DNA of 64,000 nt, from positions 64,001 through 128,000 of the IMG/VR virus record IMGVR_UViG_3300028048_000055, one strand, 5' to 3'. Both the position numbers and the translations under genes were made by a program. This stretch comes from a virus. Lineage: Duplodnaviria > Caudoviricetes. Below, one piece after another: positions 57,566 to 64,000 of the stretch; position 1 is the first letter of the stretch, and each line of letters opens with the position of its first letter. The notes under the pieces are model-generated. The model was not told where the DNA came from, made no database searches, and saw only the letters and a program-made list of their open reading frames with translations.

Positions 57566-58714
57566 ATGTATATACCGAAGTTAGAAGATTATTATCGATT
57601 AGTAGATGAAGGTTTATTATCAAAGCATGAAACTGAAGATTTAGTCGGTTTCAAGTATAATATTCATACTACTTTTAATAAGCTATGGAATGACGTTACT
57701 CTTAACGCCCGTGGTATTACTTTTGATAAGCATACCGGTAAAATTGTTGCACGTCCTTTCCGAAAGTTCTTCAATCACTCGGAATTTATTACTATTGACC
57801 ATGCAACAACGGAGCTTTATGATATTGTTCCACAAGAATATCGTCCGAATATTTCTGGCCCTTTCAGAGTTATGGATAAGCTTGATGGTTTCCTCGCTAT
57901 TACGTTCTATAATCCCTACACAGAAAAGTGGCAGGTAAAGACTGGTGGTTCATTTCAGGCAAAGCAGTCTGATTGGGGTCAACATTGGCTTGATGAACAT
58001 GTCAATACCGATAAGATGAAACTTGAAAATACCTATCTTTTCGAAGGTATTTGGAGTGGTGATAGACATGTAGTCAAGTATGACTATGAAGCTCTTAAAT
58101 TGCTCGCTGTTATCCCGAATGCAACTGGTAATGAATTACCATTATCTGACATTATCCAAGCAGCAAATGATTTGGGTGTAGAAATGGCAGAAGTTAAGCA
58201 GTATTCTAATTTCAATGATATGCTTAAGGAAGTTGCTGATTATCCGTCTACACTTGAAGGCGTTGTCGTTACATTCGATAACGGTTATAAGTGCAAGGTT
58301 AAGGGTATTCAGTATTGTGAGATGTTCATGGTATTGAACAACTTGACTGAAAGAGAAATTTACATGAGATATGATCCGGTTAAGGATATTGTTTATGCTA
58401 ATGTAAATCCGGCAAATGGCTATAAACCGCTTGATGAAGAAGTTCTTGTGGTTCCTGAAGAATTGCCGGAAATTTCAGAATATGTAAAGGTTCTTAAAAC
58501 CAGACAACACGCATTGTTTGAAACTGTATTAAATATGGCCAAGGAAATCCTTAAGACCGGTTTTGAAGGTAAGGCTTTATACGATGAAGTATGCAATCGT
58601 TGGAAGAATAAACCGGAACTTATCGGTGCAACAATGGGTGCAATAAAGTCTTTACAGAGAGGCGATACTGTATTCTCTACAGCTAAACTTGCTGTCAAGA
58701 AACTTTTACGATAA
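57566..58714 (+). CDS. rnlA: T4 Rnl1-family RNA ligase
   Basis: ARG, ARPFRKFFN, KLDG (motif I), TYLFE, EGVVV, KVK. Confidence 0.88.
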   Translation: MYIPKLEDYYRLVDEGLLSKHETEDLVGFKYNIHTTFNKLWNDVTLNARGITFDKHTGKIVARPFRKFFNHSEFITIDHATTELYDIVPQEYRPNISGPFRVMDKLDGFLAITFYNPYTEKWQVKTGGSFQAKQSDWGQHWLDEHVNTDKMKLENTYLFEGIWSGDRHVVKYDYEALKLLAVIPNATGNELPLSDIIQAANDLGVEMAEVKQYSNFNDMLKEVADYPSTLEGVVVTFDNGYKCKVKGIQYCEMFMVLNNLTEREIYMRYDPVKDIVYANVNPANGYKPLDEEVLVVPEELPEISEYVKVLKTRQHALFETVLNMAKEILKTGFEGKALYDEVCNRWKNKPELIGATMGAIKSLQRGDTVFSTAKLAVKKLLR

Positions 58715-58724
58715 AGGAGTAATT

Positions 58725-59015
58725 ATGTTAAAGAAACTGATTTTTACAATATCCGTATGTTTGGGTCTTGTTTTTGCTCAAGATCTTAGCTTACTAAAAA
58801 TCAATCTTGATATGCCAGTCGATTACAGCGATTCGGTTCAGCCGAACTATGTCCCTGAGTCGATTACTAAGGCTATTGATAATATGAAGTTTCAACCGAA
58901 ACAAAAGCATATTATTCTGAGACATAATTACTTTGATATCATTGAACGATATCTTGAAAATGATTCACTGGATCATTACTGGTTCTGGAACTATAAGCTT
59001 ATTATTAATTTTTAA
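58725..59015 (+). CDS. Small secreted protein
   Basis: AAGGAG RBS; MLKKLIFTISVCLGLVFA signal. Confidence 0.7.
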   Translation: MLKKLIFTISVCLGLVFAQDLSLLKINLDMPVDYSDSVQPNYVPESITKAIDNMKFQPKQKHIILRHNYFDIIERYLENDSLDHYWFWNYKLIINF

Positions 59016-59019
59016 GATT

Positions 59020-59235
59020 ATGAAAGATTTAATGCATAACTATTTCGAAGGCACTATTGTCGGAATTAAAAATAAAAAATATTATAATATTAAATTAAAA
59101 GAAAGTAATGTTATAATTAGTGCAATTTTATCGAACCGACTTAAATGGTACAAACTTAAAATAATTCCAGGTGATTCAGTTACATTTTATTCAGAAAATG
59201 GATATAATGTTATTGGCGATAGGATTTTTAATTAA
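59020..59235 (+). CDS. Translation initiation factor IF-1-like protein
   Basis: 71 aa; EGTIV..Y.IKL...I.A.LS.RL....KIIPGDSV matches the IF1 OB-fold pattern. Confidence 0.65.
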   Translation: MKDLMHNYFEGTIVGIKNKKYYNIKLKESNVIISAILSNRLKWYKLKIIPGDSVTFYSENGYNVIGDRIFN

Positions 59236-59250
59236 AAAGGATAAAAATAA

Positions 59251-59559
59251 ATGAACGTAATGGTATCTATTTTTGGTACTTCTAAGTCAAAAGTGCCTGA
59301 TATGAGGGCGAACTTCGTCGTAACTGAATCCATGTCAAATGGACGATGGATAAACGGAGTAAAGAATTTCGAATATACTCTGGATAATGAATTAATCGAT
59401 GAAATCGATGAATCCAGACTTGTCGATAGAATTAAGGAAAAGATTTATGCCTTGATTAATTCTCCGGTTGCTCGGCAGTGGGTCAGTTCACCGACCCTTA
59501 GGGTATATTATAACCCTGAAGCTGCTGGTAACGTTATTGTCAAGAGCGTGTTTGGCTAA
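59251..59559 (+). CDS. Hypothetical protein
   Basis: AAGGA RBS. Confidence 0.7.
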   Translation: MNVMVSIFGTSKSKVPDMRANFVVTESMSNGRWINGVKNFEYTLDNELIDEIDESRLVDRIKEKIYALINSPVARQWVSSPTLRVYYNPEAAGNVIVKSVFG

Positions 59560-59740
59560 GTAGAACTTCGACCATTCGTTGGGTTATTTCAATCCTGGTC
59601 TGTTCATCTGATATAGTTTCTACTGGAATCTTATATTTTAGCATTTCCTTTGCCGCATAGGTAAGCCTGTCATTATATGACAGGTCTTTTATTTTATTAT
59701 ATTCTTCCATTATACTTTGATAAAAACTATATTCACTCAT
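59540..59740 (-). CDS. Small late protein
   Basis: Minus-strand TATAAATA 4 nt upstream of ATG. Confidence 0.65.
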   Translation of the reverse strand: MSEYSFYQSIMEEYNKIKDLSYNDRLTYAAKEMLKYKIPVETISDEQTRIEITQRMVEVLLSQTRS

Positions 59741-59743
59741 GCC

Positions 59744-59757
59744 TTATTTATAAATAA
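59744..59757. promoter_or_regulatory. Palindromic bidirectional late promoter TTATTTATAAATAA
   Basis: TATAAATA on both strands, each 4 nt from an ATG. Confidence 0.8.
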
Positions 59758-59760
59758 TAC

Positions 59761-60705
59761 ATGAATGAATCCGAACAATTTGAACTATTTAAAATCAAGC
59801 AGAAGATAATCACAGAAACAAGAGCATTGCATGTCGATGAGCTTGTTCAGGAATATAAATCTAAGGTTATGAAGGCTATCAGACAGCACGTAGTCAAGTA
59901 TCTTGATATGGTCTGGGATGGAAAGCCTGTTCCTAAGCTTATAACAATCTTTATTCCTAATATGATGGCTTCTACTACATACTGTAAAGAACCTGTCAGA
60001 ATGAAAGGACTTGTAGTCAGAGTCTATTTCGATACCAATAGAGTTAGAGATGACTATACTAGGGCTAAAGGTCCAGGAAAAGGTTCATTATATGCAAGTG
60101 CCGCAGGTGACTTGAACCCTGGGTTGGATGGTAAACTCGATCCTACTCCAATGCTACTGAATCTTCCTGTCATATATGGTATTCAGCATTGTAAGAAAGT
60201 TAAAGGCGGTTATGCTTTGCCTTTCGAAGATATGGTTGATGATTTCGGTTCAGTATATGATACACCAGAAGAAATAGTCGACGCCATCATGGAAGAATAC
60301 TTTACAGATTACTTCCAGGAAGCATTAAGTCATGAACTGACTCACTTTGTCCAGTCAAATAACCAATATGTTGACGGAACAGAGAATGCCAAGGAATATG
60401 ATCCACAAGAAGTCTTTAGAACTGGCCAATATTTTGTTGACGAACTCGAAGTCGAAGCAAGATTGCATCAAAGAATGCCAGCCTATGTAGATTCGATTCT
60501 TAGGGCACGAGATATTACTCCGATTGCCAAACAGATAGTCTACAAGATGTTTGCTAACAGGTTCAAGGAAGTTCCGAAGGATGTAAAGCATAAATACTTC
60601 AATATGGTATTGCGTTTATGTCAAGCAATAAAGACAGTCCCTGGAATAACAAAATATAATTATAATACACCAAAAATGCGCCGGGCATTGCATGATGCAT
60701 TATAA
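59761..60705 (+). CDS. Zincin-like metallopeptidase-domain late protein
   Basis: LSHELTHFVQ..Y..ELEVEARL. Confidence 0.7.
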   Translation: MNESEQFELFKIKQKIITETRALHVDELVQEYKSKVMKAIRQHVVKYLDMVWDGKPVPKLITIFIPNMMASTTYCKEPVRMKGLVVRVYFDTNRVRDDYTRAKGPGKGSLYASAAGDLNPGLDGKLDPTPMLLNLPVIYGIQHCKKVKGGYALPFEDMVDDFGSVYDTPEEIVDAIMEEYFTDYFQEALSHELTHFVQSNNQYVDGTENAKEYDPQEVFRTGQYFVDELEVEARLHQRMPAYVDSILRARDITPIAKQIVYKMFANRFKEVPKDVKHKYFNMVLRLCQAIKTVPGITKYNYNTPKMRRALHDAL

Positions 60706-60727
60706 ATAGAATAAAGGAGGCTCCAAA

Positions 60728-60787
60728 ATGGCAAAGAAAGAAACAAAACAGAATGTACCACCTTGGGCTAAGGGCGGAAAAGTCTAA
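60728..60787 (+). CDS. 19-aa peptide MAKKETKQNVPPWAKGGKV
   Basis: Own late promoter at 60701, AAGGAGG RBS, terminator at about 60826-60850. Confidence 0.5.
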   Translation: MAKKETKQNVPPWAKGGKV

Positions 60788-60861
60788 TAAGATTTGACGC
60801 AAATATCCTGAATGCATTCAAAACTGACCGGCGAACAACCGGTCTTTTTTAATAAAAAAGG

Positions 60862-60890
60862 TTTACAAAGTATGTAAATTATATTATATT
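60862..60890 (+). promoter_or_regulatory. Sigma70-like promoter
   Basis: TTTACA-N17-TATATT. Confidence 0.8.
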
Positions 60891-60910
60891 TTAACGTGAT
60901 AGAGGTGTTT

Positions 60911-61506
60911 ATGTATCTTAAAACGATTGGTCGTGTACAAACTCTTTGGAATAAGGCGCAAGCTGCACATAAGGATAATTTTAATTATACAACTAAGAAT
61001 GGTAAGAAATTTATAGTTAAGAATATGCCATTGTCTAATAGTTTTACGGTTTTTGATAATAATCATCAACTACTTGCTCGTGATGTTTCTAATATTGATG
61101 ACTTAGCAAATTGTCTTCTAGCAATCAGTAAATCAAAGGAAAACTGATGAAGAAACTGTTACTCATTCTGTTTTTAGCAATAAATACCTTTGCGGCAAGC
61201 GAGTATTGTCAAAAGCTATATGATAATTTTAAAGCTACGATAGAACCTCAAATGACAGCACTCTGTATCACTAAGGAAACAGGAGTTTTCAGTTATAATT
61301 TTTACATGCACCAAGATTCAACCTATGCCGATATGAAATTGGTTTTTGGTCTTGGTAAGGAATCTCACCTTTACCAAAAAGGTGTAGATGAAATCGATAT
61401 TGTTGAACTTGAATGCATGGAAGAAACTGATGATGCAGAAGATGTTTTAAAGATTCTGTTTGCTAATCATTCTTGTGCTAAAGAATTTAAGGAATTGAAT
61501 AAGTAA
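60911..61506 (+). CDS. Two genes: hypothetical 60911-61147; secreted protein 61147-61506
   Basis: GAGGTG RBS; MKKLLLILFLAINTFA signal. Confidence 0.7.
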
Positions 61507-61507
61507 T

Positions 61508-62119
61508 ATGCAGTTATATTTTATTAGACATGCAATGACTGATGCTAACCAGTCTGGTTCCATGGTTAAGGATTATAGTGAATCCAGTATTTTACCATTT
61601 GACGTTGCAGACTGGAATAAAAAAATTGGCAAAAATATTAACTATAATAAAATGACAGACTTGCTTTTGTCGTCTCCCGCAAAAAGATGCATTCAGACTG
61701 CGAATGCAATTTTTGGCAATACCAGTGAAATTTTTAATAACAGTAACTTGGCAGAATTTGACTGCTCTGGCCTTGGTGACTTAAAATTCTGGGAAATCGA
61801 CGAAAAGACTTTTGATGAAAAATCCGGTGTCACAAATGCTGACATGGATTTACAAATTGATTTGTTACTTGACAGTTTTAAAGAAATAGAAAAAGTATGT
61901 AACTGCAAGAAATTTATCTGCTTTAGCCACGGAATGGTTATCAGATATATCTATCACTATTTTAATAACAATAAGAAGGTTTCGCCTTATGATGTAATCA
62001 ATAGCAAGGGTTTCTCTTTTGCTAATCTGGATATGTTGCATGTCGATACCGAAACTGGCAAAATGGAAGTATATAGATTTAAGGAACCAGTTTGCCATCA
62101 AGATACAAAAGAGAAATAA
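61508..62119 (+). CDS. Histidine phosphatase (phosphoglycerate mutase family)
   Basis: FIRHA, SSPAKRCIQTA, LAE, FSHG. Confidence 0.9.
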   Translation: MQLYFIRHAMTDANQSGSMVKDYSESSILPFDVADWNKKIGKNINYNKMTDLLLSSPAKRCIQTANAIFGNTSEIFNNSNLAEFDCSGLGDLKFWEIDEKTFDEKSGVTNADMDLQIDLLLDSFKEIEKVCNCKKFICFSHGMVIRYIYHYFNNNKKVSPYDVINSKGFSFANLDMLHVDTETGKMEVYRFKEPVCHQDTKEK

Positions 62120-62120
62120 T

Positions 62121-63245
62121 ATGATTCAAAAGACGGGATATTTTTTCGTAAAAAACATTCAGAATAAAAAGTTAACTTCTTTAAATATCATTTATCACAT
62201 AGGTCCAGCATATGAAGCGCGAGGCCGAAGAGGCGTTGCTCATTTAATGGAACACATGATTACAAAGTGTATTGATAAATATACATCGCAGTTTACAAGA
62301 GATTGTGTTACATTTAATGCTGTTACAACCACTAATTATATTAAAGTTTATTTTGCTGGTTTGAAAGAAAAACTTCCGGCAAATTTTAAACAGCAACTAG
62401 TTAAAGAACTTCTTCGCAGTTTTGATAATTTAACTGAAGAAGAATATAAGGCTGAACAGAATGTAGTTCTTCAAGAAATTTCTGATAATTTTAGTTCTCC
62501 TGAAGACGGTTTCTTAAGTAATATTCTTTATAATTATTATAATGTCACTTTGCCGCTTGGTGTTCCGAAAGATGTCGCGAATTTTACCTATGAACAGGCA
62601 AAGGAAATGGCAAATAATTTCTTCTCTCGTCCGTCTGCAATTATCGAGCGATGCGATGAACCTACAGATTTTAGTTTTGTAGAATATAATGAAAAAGAAC
62701 CTTTCCCGATTCTTATCTGGTATAAAGAACGTAATAGAAAGGTTATGGAAGAAGTTAAGTCTAATAAGGGTATTATCTATGTAATGAATAGAAAACCCAT
62801 TAAGAAGACTGATTATATTTTTATGGCTGTCGGTCTTCATATGTTTGCTAGCGGCGATTTAGATTCTCCGTTCTGTGATGAGATTAGAACTAAACGTGGT
62901 TTAAGCTATTATGCATATAGTGATTTGCTTAAATTTGATAAGCAAGGAATGATGTATCTTACTGCATGTACTGATAAAGAACATATGGAAGAACTTAAAA
63001 CTGTAATAATGGATATGTGTCGTAATGTTAGAAAGTATTTGACTAAAGAACGTTATGACGATGTTATCGAAATGATTAATACAAAGAGAAAGTTTGATAG
63101 ATATAATAATTGGGCAAATGTCGATAAGTATATTCTTCCTATGTTACCTAAGTTAAATCAGACTACGCAAAAACGACTTAATTATGAGCAAGTCGTCGGA
63201 ACAATGGAAAAGTATTTCTACTCACTTGAATTCTTTATTCAATAG
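62121..63245 (+). CDS. Peptidase M16 (insulinase) family
   Basis: GVAHLMEHM (HxxEH), NAVT, EQNVVLQEI, EIRTKRGLSY. Confidence 0.9.
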   Translation: MIQKTGYFFVKNIQNKKLTSLNIIYHIGPAYEARGRRGVAHLMEHMITKCIDKYTSQFTRDCVTFNAVTTTNYIKVYFAGLKEKLPANFKQQLVKELLRSFDNLTEEEYKAEQNVVLQEISDNFSSPEDGFLSNILYNYYNVTLPLGVPKDVANFTYEQAKEMANNFFSRPSAIIERCDEPTDFSFVEYNEKEPFPILIWYKERNRKVMEEVKSNKGIIYVMNRKPIKKTDYIFMAVGLHMFASGDLDSPFCDEIRTKRGLSYYAYSDLLKFDKQGMMYLTACTDKEHMEELKTVIMDMCRNVRKYLTKERYDDVIEMINTKRKFDRYNNWANVDKYILPMLPKLNQTTQKRLNYEQVVGTMEKYFYSLEFFIQ

Positions 63246-63248
63246 TGG

Positions 63249-63277
63249 TTTACAAAATAATAATCTTTTACTATATT
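63249..63277 (+). promoter_or_regulatory. Sigma70-like promoter
   Basis: TTTACA-N17-TATATT. Confidence 0.8.
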
Positions 63278-63299
63278 TGTTAAAAACAAAGGAGTTTTA

Positions 63300-64000
63300 A
63301 TGAAATACTTTTTTGGCCTTGCTGCTGATCCGTTAACCATTGGTCATATTGCTATTATTAAGACAATTCATAAGCAACTTAAGAATAATGATGAACTTTA
63401 TATTGCTATTTCTAATAATGATGAAAAGCAATATCATGCTACACTTGATGAACGTTTTTCTATTGTCCATGATGCGATTATGGACAAGTTCAAGAAGAAT
63501 CCGCCGATTCTCGTGAAGCAAGACAAGCGAACTCTTGCATTCCTCACTGAAAATTTTGCAGATCAGGAAAAGGAAATTGTCATTTGTGTTGGTGAAGATG
63601 AATGGAAGTCTTTGCTTGAGGGTCGATGGGTAAATTATGACCTCATTCTTAAGCGATATCAGTTCCTTGTCGTTGGTCGTCAGAATACTGAAATCAAGAC
63701 TTGTGGCTATCCTGTTACCGTCGTGAACATTCAGGATTGTACTGATGTTTCTTCCTCTGCAGTAAGAGATATTCTTTACAGAAATCCGAACTGTCATTAT
63801 TGTGATGTAGAAAAGCATATTACGCATCAAACTTTCCGTTCTATTAAGGAAAATCGTCTTTATTTTCAAAATGATGAACAATATGCTGAAGAAGAAGCAG
63901 AATTTCTTAGAAGTTATGCGATTGCTAAGAAAAATAATGGATGGGGTGAACCATCTGTAACTGCTGATACTATTGCATATAATGGTGATAAAATTCTTCT
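63300..64000 (+). CDS. NadD-like nucleotidyltransferase, probably fused to a Nudix domain (3'-truncated; absent from ORF track)
   Basis: AAGGAG RBS; DPLTIGH (HIGH-like), VGED, VSSSAVR, then PSVTADTI..KILL typical of a Nudix start. Confidence 0.75.
   Translation, partial: MKYFFGLAADPLTIGHIAIIKTIHKQLKNNDELYIAISNNDEKQYHATLDERFSIVHDAIMDKFKKNPPILVKQDKRTLAFLTENFADQEKEIVICVGEDEWKSLLEGRWVNYDLILKRYQFLVVGRQNTEIKTCGYPVTVVNIQDCTDVSSSAVRDILYRNPNCHYCDVEKHITHQTFRSIKENRLYFQNDEQYAEEEAEFLRSYAIAKKNNGWGEPSVTADTIAYNGDKIL

Noticed and set aside
1593-63881. Most minus-strand and alternate-frame ORFs in the supplied track (for example 3070-3489, 3823-4350, 4968-5216, 30970-31395, 55145-55579, 63333-63881)
   Set aside because: They are shadows of well-supported + strand genes, lacking RBS, promoter or motifs. 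Only 15964, 21935, 50848 and 59540 are accepted on the minus strand.
1-64000. Genome-wide stop-codon reassignment (TAG or TGA)
   Set aside because: Long genes are intact in code 11, and many genes end in TAG or TGA right before the next start, promoter or terminator. Only two isolated internal stops were seen.
1-64000. CRISPR array or tRNA genes
   Set aside because: No regularly spaced direct repeats and no cloverleaf with a T-loop consensus were found by eye; tRNAscan-SE would be needed to exclude atypical tRNAs.

Overview
This AT-rich, densely coded, almost entirely + strand window looks like part of a large T4-like (myovirus/jumbo-type) phage genome in genetic code 11. The phage assignment rests on T4-type late promoters (TATAAATA), gp3-like and gp2-like genes, a T4 RNase H-like 5' exonuclease, DHFR, an Rnl1-type RNA ligase, a lytic transglycosylase and long runs of small hypothetical ORFs. 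A secreted GH10-CBM6 xylanase with a Fibrobacter-style C-terminal tail suggests a Fibrobacter-like rumen/gut host (inference). Accessory content includes tRNA repair/maturation enzymes (Thg1, CCA-adding enzyme, RNA ligase), IF1- and EF-Ts-like translation modules, an ADP-ribose/NAD toolkit (PARG-like, SLOG, NADAR, DUF488, macro-like, NadD-Nudix), an OFA-type MFS transporter, glycosyltransferases and several peptidases. The most striking observation is a dispersed set of truncated or catalytically dead copies of virion-assembly proteins: portal clip segment, prohead protease, terminase ATPase, a major capsid segment, tail tube and possibly sheath pieces. These are the protein classes that bacterial pattern-recognition defences sense, so they may form a decoy/mimic system. 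Other highlights are a ~350-nt highly base-paired intergenic RNA candidate (17903-18265), apparently pervasive leaderless genes, and promoters whose -35 box sits inside the upstream terminator hairpin. All homology calls come from motif recognition by eye, not database searches.
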